This document shows, one piece after another, positions 14,001-25,200 of a stretch of DNA of 64,000 bases. The DNA is taken from assembly GCA_040285825.1 (NCBI GenBank), contig JAUPSS010000001.1:3596001-3660000 (forward strand), in the 5' to 3' direction. The DNA is from Eukaryota sp. TZLM1-RC (Eukaryota > Protista > Metamonada: BaSk clade). Within the stretch, counting starts at the first letter, position 1; every line of letters begins with the position of its first letter. The translations under genes were made by a program, and so were the position numbers. Under the pieces are notes generated by a model. The model saw only the letters and a program-made list of their open reading frames with translations. It had not been told where the DNA came from and did no database searches.

Positions 14001-14990
14001 TAAAGCTTTCGAAATCATTTTAGGAATTGATTTGAAAATAGTAAAAACAATACGATTTAGCCACAAGCGACGATCAAAACGCTTATTCATTCTTTTTTTC
14101 ACAAGATTTTCAAAATCATCAATAAAATTCAAAGCAGTTTTTCCAAGACGACCATACAACGATATAGCAAATGGGCAAATTTGGTAATCTACATGGCGAA
14201 CATGTTTCAATTCTTTTTAAAGGATTTGCATACTTTTTCCGTTTGTACAATTCGGAGTCATCAAGGGGGATACTTCGGATTGAGCATTTTTCAAGGCATT
14301 TTTCTTGCATACATCCACTGTTACGACATCAACAACATTCATGACATCATCAAACGAGGGCACAACAACATCAGCACGTCGTTTTCCATATTCTGAATCT
14401 CTTACGCTTTCATTTATATCAAGAGACCTCAACAAAGGTTCTACAAAAGATTCAATATGATAGGAATTACACATTGCATGGATTTGATCTCTAACTGCAT
14501 CATGCAACGTAGAACGATAGGAAATATATCTATTACAATTAAATAAATGTGATAATGTCAAACCAGCTCCACATTTACAAAAACAAATCATTGGGCAAAT
14601 GCTGTAGACTGGCCAATTTGGACAAAGGTTCATTGTATTTTTTGAATTTAAAATTTTCAGCATTTGAAAGGGGATTATGAATTTCAGAATTAACAAGCCT
14701 TTAGAACGCAAGGAACGTAATGGTGGTTTTTCTGTGTTTTTCTGGTACAATGATCAGTTTTTGAATGAAAATTTTTTTGAGATGAATTTCGAGCATAGCT
14801 TGTATTGTGGGGAGAGTGGGGAAGTGAAGGAGATGAGCTTGTTCTGACTGGTAGAATCTTTGCCTGGGCGTTCCAATCAGTATCAGAGTCACTATCAGCC
14901 AAAGGCATCGTTTTGACAGAGAAACAGTACGATTGACGCCTTGACAGAAAGTAAAATATGAAAGGGTTGACTAAGGGAGGGAGAAAAAAA
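11053..14990 (-). mobile_element. Mosaic of RLE-LINE fragments: A (11053-11808), H (11809-12052), A 3' half (12053-13441), C 3' end (13442-13874), A-bipartite/C composite (13875-14990)
   Basis: Each piece matches family copies elsewhere in the window. Poly(A)-like tails are at ~12053, ~13442 and ~13875. Confidence 0.85.
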
Positions 14991-17168
14991 ACTTTTTTTA
15001 ATGCAGAGTAAAATAATTATATTTTTAATCTTGACTTTAAAAATGCTTTTAATTCTGTAAAGCGAGAAGCAATTTTTGAAGTAATTAAATTTGATTTTCC
15101 TGAGCTATCGAGTTTTTTCTACCATTTTTATGGGAAAGAATCAGATTTAATTTATAATTCATTTGGCCACCTAATCAAGAATTTAGATTTAGAATTTTAA
15201 TAGTTCAAGAGAATGATAATGCGCCGCATCATTTAGAATTAAGAGGATCTTAAATCTTAAATCATCTTCTGGTGTGAAGCAAGGTGAACCTTTAGGCCCG
15301 TTATTGTTTTGTTTAGCTATTCACAAAACTTTAAATATCATTAAGCAAAAATACCCTTCTATAAAAATAGTTGCTTATATGGATGATACATCCTTGATTG
15401 GTTCATTTGATTTACTAGAATTGGTTGCTCAAGAAATTGCCGATTCATATGAAAATATTGGGCTATATCTTAATGCGAGCAAATGCCTTCTGATTGGCTC
15501 TTCTGCTCAAGATCTTGTGATAAACGATTCTATTGTCCCTTTTACTAATTATAGTAGTGATGCTTTTAAGTTCCTTGGTTGTTGGTTAGGAAATGTGCCT
15601 CAAATTCAGAATGAATTGCAAGTTATTTTGAAAAAATGAAAATTGAACTTGATTCAATTTCTTCTTTAGATATAGAAAAGCATATTAAATTTTTCATGCT
15701 TAAAATTTGCTACACTGGGAGAATAACCCACATTTTGAGATCTTGTGCTCCTTCCATAGCATTAGATTTTTGTCGTTCATTGAATTCATTGAGAACAGAA
15801 TTTTTTGCTGATTTATTGGATGTAGAACCAGGAATGTTGAAAAGTCACTTATTTTCTTCAGCAAATTTGCGTGGTATTGGATTCACTAAATCTTCAATTT
15901 TTTGTCCATCAGCATTCTTGGGTGGCAAAAATTTGATTTATGAATTTTCTCGTAGATTTCCTGATGATTCTCATCTGTTAGTTCCCAAGTGCAGTCCTTA
16001 TTTGTATGAGTTATCTTGTGAACTTGAAAAATTGCCGCCACAAATTTGGACCAAATGTTTTCCTCAATCAATTCAAGAAATTCCAAACCGATGTCCTTTT
16101 AATTTACAGTTTTGCTGAAATAATTATATATGCAGCTCGGCTATTTTAAATCAAGATCTTCACTCATTGTTATTGGAAAAGGGTGTTTGTGAAAACAAGT
16201 CGTCAGATTCTTCACTTTTTGTAACCATTGTACCACGAAGATTTGGATTGTGTGCCACTAATGAAGCATTTGTAACAAAAATGAGATTATATTTGAACAT
16301 CCCCATTAACCAATTATTATCAAAAGAAAAATGTATTTGTTCGAATTCACCTCAACTCACTTTGCGCCATGCTCTGAATTGCTCTAAATTGATAGCTTAT
16401 CGTTCTTCATTACATGATGCTGTTAGAGACACTGTTTTCAATATGGCACAAACTGCAAGGATATCGTGTATCAAAGAGCCCCTGCTGAAGGAAACACTTT
16501 CTCTGAATAATTTTGGTTCTGATGATAGAGGTGATGTATACTGTGATGTCATGAATGTTGTTGATGTCGTAACAGTGGATGTTTGCAAGAAAAATGCCTT
16601 GAAAAATGCTCAATCCGAAGTATCCCCCCTTGATGACTCCGAATTGTACAAACGGAAAAAGTATGCAAATCCTTTAAAAGAATTGAAACATGTTCGCCAT
16701 GTAGATTACCAAATTTGCCCATTTGCTATATCGTTGTATGGTCGTCTTGGAAAAACTGCTATGAATTTTATTGATGATTTTGAAAATCTTGTGAAAAGAA
16801 GAATGAATAAGCGTTTTGATCGTCGCTTGTGGCTAAATCGTATTGTTTTTACTATTTTCAAATCAATTCCTAAAATGATTTCGAAAGCTTTGATGTCTGT
16901 CAGTGCACATTACGAAGAAATTGCTGTTGTGAGGTTTGATAGTGTGGAAGCTTGTTTTGAAGATATTGACTTTTAGACTGTAGTTTAATAATAAATTAAA
17001 ATTTTTCAAAAAAAAGTAACAACAATTCCACAAGTTTATGGTACTCTCTTATCCGATTCTGCTTGGACTCTGAATATGAGATTTCGTTCCTTTATCTGGC
17101 CTGATAATTTACCTCATAATTTAATTTGTAAATGTTCTCGAGAAATTACAACTACTCATTTGTTAAAA
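14991..17168 (+). mobile_element. Mosaic: A RT (14991-16117), D (16118-16549), C 3' end (16550-17015), A (17016-17168)
   Basis: ORFs 15274-16118 and 16167-16976. The latter is a D/C chimera joined at TGAT microhomology. Confidence 0.85.
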
Positions 17169-20111
17169 TTTTTATTTTTAAAATTTAATTTTATTCTAAA
17201 CCTATAAATCAACATCTAAAAAAATCATCTCTCCCAAAACAAAAACACTAGATGCAACTCTCTCATAGTGAGATCCAAGAGAAAGCAAAGCATCAGAAAC
17301 CATCTTCAACATCCCCTTAAAAATAGAAAACACAATTCTATTTTGCCAAAACAATCTGTTGAAATTTCTGCCAGTTCTTCTCTTTTCAATCATTTCAAAA
17401 TCATCCAAAAAACGTAAAGCAGTTGGTGCAAGTGAACCAAAAAGGGAAAATACAAATGGATACAAATTGTATTTTGCATGCTGTAGACTGGCCAATTTGG
17501 ACAAAGGTTCATTGTATTTTTTGAATTTAAAATTTTCAGCATTTGAAAGGGATTATGAATTTCAGAATTAACAAGCCTTTCATTTGAGGCATTACAAGGA
17601 TCAACAGACATTACATCCAATAAAATGAAGCTTCCATCTAATCCAGGTAATATGACATCACCTCTATTATTCTTATGAAAATCATTTTCAGCATCAAACA
17701 GATTTGACAACATAGGTTCCAAGAAGGATTCAATTCTATGAGATTTACACATACAATATAACTGGTCTCTTACAGCATCATGAACCTTGCTTCTAAAAGT
17801 AATAAAATGTTTACAATTTAACAAATGAGTAGTTGTAATTTCTCGGGAACATTTACAAATTAAATTATGAGGTAAATTATCAGGCCAGATAAAGGAACGA
17901 AATCTCATATTCAGAGTCCAAGCAGAATCGGATAAGAGAGTACCATAAACTTGTGGAATTGTTGTTACTAAGGCAGAAGAAGTACTGTCACATATATCTT
18001 GTAAAAGATTTGCAAAAGCGGGATTCTTTTTCTTGGCCAAGCCAAGTCTAACATCAAAATCCAAGCTTTCAAAAATCTTTGACAATTTTTGTTGAAGCTT
18101 TTTACAGCAAAACTGTAAATTAAATAGAGATCGGTTTGGAATTTCTTGAATTGATTGAGGAAAACTTTTGGTCCAAATTTGTGGCGGTAATTTTTCAAGT
18201 TCACAAGATAACTCATACAAATAGGGACTACAATTGGGGACTAACAGATGAGAATCATCAGGAAATCTACGAGAAAATTCATAAATAAAATTTTTGCCAC
18301 CACCCAAGAATGCTGATTGACACAAAATTGAAGATTTAGTAAAACCAATACCACCCAAATTTGCTGAAGAAAATAAATGGCTTTTCAACATTCCTGGTTC
18401 TACATCCAATAAATCAGCAAAAAATTCTGTTCTCAATGAATTAAAAGAACGACAAAAATCTAATGCTATGGAAGGAGCAAAAGATCTCAAAATGTGGGTT
18501 ATTCTCCCAGTGTAGCAAATTTTAAGCATGAAAAATTTAATATGCTTTTCTATATCTAAAGATTTTTTTTAATTTTAATTTATTTTCAAAACCACAGTCT
18601 AAAAGTCAATATCTTCAAAACAAGCTTCCACACCATCAAACCTTACAGCAGCAATGTTTTCATAATGTGCACTGACAGACATTAAAGCTTTCGAAATCAT
18701 TTTAGGAATTGATTTGAAAATAGTAAAAACAATACGATTTAGCCACAAGCGACGATCAAAACGCTTATTCATTCTTTTTTTCACAAGATTTTCAAAATCA
18801 TCAATAAAATTCAAAGCAGTTTTTCCAAGACGACCATACAACGATATAGCAAATGGGCAAATTTGGTAATCTACATGGCGAACATGTTTCAATTCTTTTA
18901 AAGGATTTGCATACTTTTTCCGTTTGTACAATTCGGAGTCATCAAGGGGGGATACTTCGGATTGAGCATTTTTCAAGGCATTTTTCTTGCAAACATTTTT
19001 TTTTAATTTAATTTTAATTTATTTTCAAAACCACAGTCTAAAAGTCAATATCTTCAAAACAAGCTTCCACACCATCAAACCTTACAGCAGCAATGTTTTC
19101 ATAATGTGCACTGACAGACATTAAAGCTTTCGAAATCATTTTAGGAATTGATTTGAAAATAGTAAAAACAATACGATTTAGCCACAAGCGACGATCAAAA
19201 CGCTTATTCATTCTTTTTTTCACAAGATTTTCAAAATCATCAATAAAATTCAAAGAAGTTTTTCCAAGACGACCATACAACGATATAGCAAATGGGCAAA
19301 TTTGGTAATCTACATGGCGAACATGTTTCAATTCTTTTAAAGGATTTGCATACTTTTTCCGTTTGTACAATTCGGAGTCATCAAGGGGGGATACTTCGGA
19401 TTGAGCATTTTTCAAGGCATTTTTCTTGCATACATCCACTGTTACGACATCAACAACATTCATGACATCATCAAACGAGGGCACAACAACATCAGCACGT
19501 CGTTTTCCATATTCTGAATCTCTTACGCTTTCATTTATATCAAGAGACCTCAACAAAGGTTCTACAAAAGATTCAATATGATAGGAATTACACATTGCAT
19601 GGATTTGATCTCTAACTGCATCATGCAACGTAGAACGATAGGAAATATATCTATTACAATTAAATAAATGTGATAATGTCAAACCAGCTCCACATTTACA
19701 AAACAAATCATTGGGCAAATGCTGTAGACTGGCCAATTTGGACAAAGGTTCATTGTATTTTTTGAATTTAAAATTTTCAGCATTTGAAAGGGGATTATGA
19801 ATTTCAGAATTAACAAGCCTTTAGAACGCAAGGAACGTAATGGTGGTTTTTCTGTGTTTTTTCTGGTACAATGATCAGTTTTTGAATGAAAATTTTTTTG
19901 AGATGAATTTCGAGCATAGCTTGTATTGTGGGGAGAGTGGGGAAGTGAAGGAGATGAGCTTGTTCTGACTGGTAGAATCTTTGCCTGGGCGTTCCAATCA
20001 GTATCAGAGTCACTATCAGCCAAAGGCATCGTTTTGACAGAGAAACAGTACGATTGACGCCTTGACAGAAAGTAAAATATGAAAGGGTTGACTAAGGGAG
20101 GGAGAAAAAAA
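17169..20111 (-). mobile_element. Mosaic: A 3' half (17169-18561), C 3' end (18562-18995), A-bipartite/C composite (18996-20111)
   Basis: Direct-repeat copy of ~12085-14990 with identical internal junctions. Confidence 0.85.
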
Positions 20112-23100
20112 ACTTTTTTTAATGCAGAGGAAAATAATTTTATTTTTAATCTCGACTTTAAAAATGCTTTTAATTCTGTAAAGCGAGAAGCAATTTTTGA
20201 AGTTATTAAATCTGATTTTCCTGAGCTATCGAGTTTTTTCTACCATTTTTATGGGAAAGAATCAGATTTAATTTTTAATTCATTTGGTCTTAAATCATCT
20301 TCTGGAGTGAAGCAGGGAGATCCTTTAGGCCCGTTATTGTTTTGTTTAGCTATTCACAAAACTTTAAATATCATTAAGCAAAAATACCCTTCTATAAAAA
20401 TAGTTGCTTATATGGATGATACATCCTTGATTGGTTCATTTGATTTACTAGAATTGGTTGCTCAAGAAATTGCCGATTCATATGAAAATATTGGGCTATA
20501 TCTTAATGCGAGCAAATGCCTTCTGATTGGCTCTTCTGCTCAAGATCTTGTGATAAACGATTCTATTGTCCCTTTTACTAATTATAGTAGTGATGCTTTT
20601 AAGTTCCTTGGTTGTTGGTTAGGAAATGTGCCTCAAATTCAGAATGAATTGCAAGTTATTTTGAAAAAATGAAAATTGAACTTGATTCAATTTCTTCTTT
20701 AGATATAGAAAAGCATATTAAATTTTTCATGCTTAAAATTTGCTACACTGGGAGAATAACCCACATTTTGAGATCTTGTGCTCCTTCCATAGCATTAGAT
20801 TTTTGTCGTTCATTGAATTCATTGAGAACAGAATTTTTGCTGATTTATTGGATGTAGAACCAGGAATGTTGAAAAGTCACTTATTTTCTTCAGCAAATTT
20901 GCGTGGTATTGGATTCACTAAATCTTCAATTTTTTGTCCATCAGCATTCTTGGGTGGCAAAAATTTGATTTATGAATTTTCTCGTAGATTTCCTGATGAT
21001 TCTCATCTGTTAGTTCCCAAGTGCAGTCCTTATTTGTATGAGTTATCTTGTGAACTTGAAAAATTGCCGCCACAAATTTGGACCAAATGTTTTCCTCAAT
21101 CAATTCAAGAAATTCCAAACCGATGTCCTTTTAATTTACAGTTTTGCTGAAATAATAATATATGCAGCTCGGCTATTTTAAATCAAGATCTTCACTCATT
21201 GTTATTGGAAAAGGGTGTTTGTGAAAACAAGTCGTCAGATTCTTCACTTTTTGTAACCATTGTACCACGAAGATTTGGATTGTGTGCCACTAATGAAGCA
21301 TTTGTAACAAAAATGAGATTATATTTGAACATCCCCATTAACCAATTATTATCAAAAGAAAAATGTATTTGTTCGAATTCACCTCAACTCACTTTGCGCC
21401 ATGCTCTGAATTGCTCTAAATTGATAGCTTATCGTTCTTCATTACATGATGCTGTTAGAGACACTGTTTTCAATATGGCACAAACTGCAAGGATATCGTG
21501 TATCAAAGAGCCCCTGCTGAAGGAAACACTTTCTCTGAATAATTTTGGTTCTGATGATAGAGGTGATGTATACTGTGATTGGATTGATAATTCTGAAGCT
21601 ATTGTTGACTTTGTCTCATGTAATGTTGCAAATGATACTTTGGTTCACAGAAGAAAACTTAATCCGGTGGCTGCTCTGGATTTTAAAGCAAAAGAGAAAC
21701 GTTTTTTTTCACTCACTCTCAACGTCCTCCTTTTTCTCAACTTGACGTTCTATTGTCGGTTCGGTTGAATTCCTCCAGTCTCTATGTCAGACACTCTCAG
21801 TGATACTGACTGGACTGCAAAAAGTACCGAACGTGATGTTGACAAACCAACCTCCTCAACCACCAATCGTTCTCATTCTCCCCACCTGTCACTCCATGCT
21901 GGAAAATCATTGGAAAAAAATTTAAATGAAAATTTTTCTAAACCACGCCGCAAATGTAGTAAATGTCGAAAATCCGGACATAACATTGCAACTTGTCCGC
22001 TTATTCAAAAGGAAAAACTTAATGCTCGTGCTGCAACTACTGATTTAAATTTTTCGTTATCACACAATCCTGAAAATGAATTTTTAAGCGAGATTCCCGA
22101 TAACTCTTCTAACAAAGAAGATCAAAAAGATGAAAAAAAATGTGTTTTTTGTCGAAAGCTTGTTGCTGTCAATGATTCTGGTCGACCTTTACTTTTTTGT
22201 GATTCTTGTGTTGCTGCTGATCAGCTACGTTGTCCCATTCGTGTTCCTGCTCAGCTTAGTCCGTTGGCTTCGATACCTTTTGCTGTTGTTCTTCGTGCTT
22301 TTACTGAAAATCTCCGTAAAGGATTATGGGATGTTACGCCTATTTGGAAATTTCTTCTGAAAAAAGATAAAAAACTTTTATCGAGAAAATCAAATTTAAA
22401 AAAAATGTTTTTTCGAAAGAAAAATTAGTGAGAAAATTAGCTTTAAAAGGACGTTTTGGATCTGCAAAACAATGTCTATTCTCTTCTGATTTAGCTGAAT
22501 GTAATGAAAGCACATTGTTCCAATTGAATCATCTTCATCCAGAAGAAAATTTTCATTGTACTAAACCAGATTCAGTTGATTATTGGCTGGAAAATCCTGT
22601 CAATGCTTCAGAGGTATTGAAACCGATTCAGCAAATGCCTACTGGAAAAGCTCCTGGGCCATCTTTGTAGAAACTTGACATGATCAAATCAGCTGTTGGA
22701 CAGTGTCCTGAAATTGCTGCTGATCTTGTTCTTTTTTTTCAACAATCTTCTTACGTTAAAAATTAAAGTCCCTTTTGAGATGACCAGTGCTCGCTGAATT
22801 GCTCTCAAAAACAGTCAATCCAAAATCCGTCCAATTGCAATTGGAGAATCGTTTTCAAGAATTCTTCCGTCTCTTGTTTTCTATAGAATTGGGAAAAAAG
22901 TCAAGGAATTTTTCAGTCCATTTCAATTTGGAATCAAGAAAAGCGTGTTTTTTTCTCCCTCCCTTAGTCAACCCTTTCATATTTCATTTTCTGTCAAGGC
23001 GTCAATCGTACTGTTTCTCTGTCAAAACGATGCCTTTGGCTGATAGTGACTCTGATACTGATTGGAACGCCCAAGCAAAGATTCTACCAGTCAGAACAAG

Positions 23101-24263
23101 CTCATCTCCTTCACTTAACCACTCTCCCCACAATGCAAGCTATGCTCGAAATTCATCTCGAAAAATTTTTCATTCAAATACTGATCATTGTACCAGAAAA
23201 AACACACAAAAACCACCATTACGTTCCTTACGTTCTGTTGCGCGTTCTATAAACAACTCCGTTTCTCGAAATGTGTTTTCTCCAGCTGAAACTGGAAAAA
23301 GTCAAAAGTCTATTTCTACTTGTCACTCACAAATTGACAAAATAGAAATAACTGAAAAAATGAAACCACTGCCATTAAAAGGTTCTAAAAATTGTTCGAT
23401 TTGTGGTATCAGTGGTCATAATTCGAGAACGTGCCCTGAAAAACAAAAAAGAGAATTTGAATTAAAATCTGCTCAACAAATTCTCAAATGTTCTGTTCCA
23501 GCTGTTGCCGTTGTGAAAGGTGCTGAAAATAATGTTTCTGACGATCAACAGTTAAATGCTTCTAGTGTTCCCTCTTCTTCCCCTTCTGAAAACAGTAATT
23601 TTTGTTGTCCATTTTGCAAAAAAAAATGTTGCAGATTCACGAAATGGTCGAAAACTTCTGTTTTGTACGAATTGTAAAGCCGTTGATACCGTAAGACCCC
23701 CGATCCGGATCCCAGTAGAAATAAGTCCCGCCAGCACAATCCCCTGCTCAATGGAAATGAGAAATTTTACTTCTGAATTAAAAAATAATAAGTGGAATAT
23801 TTCATCCTTCTGGAAATATTTTGCTAGAAAAAACAAAAATTGTTTTAAGAAAAAATTTGGAAATAGAAAAATTGTAAAATCAAAAATTTGCCGTAAATTG
23901 CGCTTACGTGGTCGTTATGGTGCCGCAAAGCAGTCTTTGTTTTCCTCTTCTTTGGCTGATGCAAACTCTGATACCCTTGAAAAACTTCAAAAGTTGCATC
24001 CTCAAGAAAATTTCAAGTGCAGCAAGCCTGAAGTGTGTCCTTTTTGGATTGAAAATCCTATTACTGCAATTGAAGTTCTTAAAGCTATTCAAAAATTGCC
24101 AAAGGGGAAAGCAGCAGGCCCATCTGGAATTTCTTTTGATCTGTTAAAAATAGCGTGTTCCAGTGCTCCCGAAATTGCTGATGATCTAGCCCACTATTTT
24201 CAACAATTAATTGTTTTGAAAATTAATCCTCCATTTGAATTACTCGGAGCACGTCTGATTGCA
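20112..24263 (+). mobile_element. Mosaic: A RT (20112-21149), D (21150-21701), H 5' half (21702-22946), A 5' half (22947-24263)
   Basis: Inverted copy of ~7940-11808 with the same junctions. The A CCHC knuckle is intact here (CSICGISGHNSRTC). Confidence 0.88.
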
Positions 24264-25200
24264 CGGGTAGAGTATTGCACTTTTTTCAGTCATCATGTGA
24301 ATCATGATATGGGTGCTGTTGAATCAGACATGGTGCTAATAATAAAGTGGACAATAATGGTGGTTCAATTCAGATCAACGACCGCAAATCAAAATCTTCT
24401 CACTGTTATGTGCTTTGATCTTGAAACCTATCAAAACGGTCATCTTTATCAAAGTCAAGATGGCCAATTTCTCCCTCCTGACGAGATTATCAACAAAAGG
24501 AGAAAAGAGGGTGCAAATCTTTTGAAAAAGAAAACTGATGAGCAAATGGGTGATTGGATTTCTGATCAAAAAGTGTTTTTAATTTCGATTGTTATTGGTA
24601 ATTTTGATCGCCATAATTTTTTTTGGAGAGTAAATATTCACTTATGTTGAGGATGAGTCCTCAAATTACATTACCAGACATTGATATGGATGTTCAGACA
24701 GAAATTTTCTCTAACGAAAAAACTTTGCTTCGTAGGTTTTTAAACATTATTGGTAATTATCAACCCCATTGTTTTCTTAATCACAACTTAATGCAGTTTG
24801 ATTTACAGGTTTTAAAAAATAGATTAAATTATTTTGATTTACCATTTCCCACTGTTCCAGATGATACAGCAATTGATGTACTCAATCAACTTTCACCAAG
24901 ATGGAGGGAAGTTGTCATCAGGGAAAATGGCTTTTTTCTTTTAGATACTTTGGTTTTTGCCAAAAAAATTATCAAAATACCCTACGGACATGGATTAGGC
25001 AATCTGGCATATAAGATGATTAATGAAAAGACAATCAAACTTCACCAGGAATTTTCTTATATTTTGCCAATTGATTGTTTAGCAACTTCTCCTCTGATAC
25101 AAAATTCGATTCAATATGGGCTTCATGATTGTATCCTTTGTCTGAAACTTTTCGTGCTGTTTCAGAAAGACAAATTTATTTTATCATCTTATAAAACCAT
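24264..25200 (+). pseudogene. PolB-type DEDDy 3'-5' exonuclease domain (N-terminal part of the Fanzor1 locus)
   Basis: ExoI CFDLETY (D 24417, E 24423), SNEKTLLRRF, ExoII HNLMQFD (D 24800), LLDTL, ExoIII YGLHD (Y 25115, D 25127). One frameshift at the T8 run 24617-24624. No polymerase palm motifs follow. Confidence 0.8.

Larger units (their letters stand above)
12085..21577. repeat. ~4.4-kb direct segmental duplication (about 12085-16549 and 17205-21577)
   Basis: Same ordered series of chimeric junctions, near-identical sequence and matching duplicated ORFs (e.g. 13478-13855 = 18599-18976). Confidence 0.85.
7940..24262. repeat. ~3.9-kb inverted duplication (about 7940-11808 and 20385-24262)
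   Basis: ORF pairs 8525-9415(-)/22787-23677(+), 9775-10419(-)/21784-22428(+) and 10435-11004(-)/21199-21768(+) are nearly identical. Confidence 0.88.

Noticed and set aside
1-24263. Telomeric repeats or a CRISPR-like array
   Set aside because: No TTAGGG-type tandem tract and no regularly spaced repeat-spacer units. All repeats are retroelement fragments.
23556-24650. 364-aa ORF suggesting a LINE-exonuclease fusion protein
   Set aside because: The frame runs through the LINE truncation point at ~24263 (a 1-in-3 chance), and other family A copies continue into RT here.
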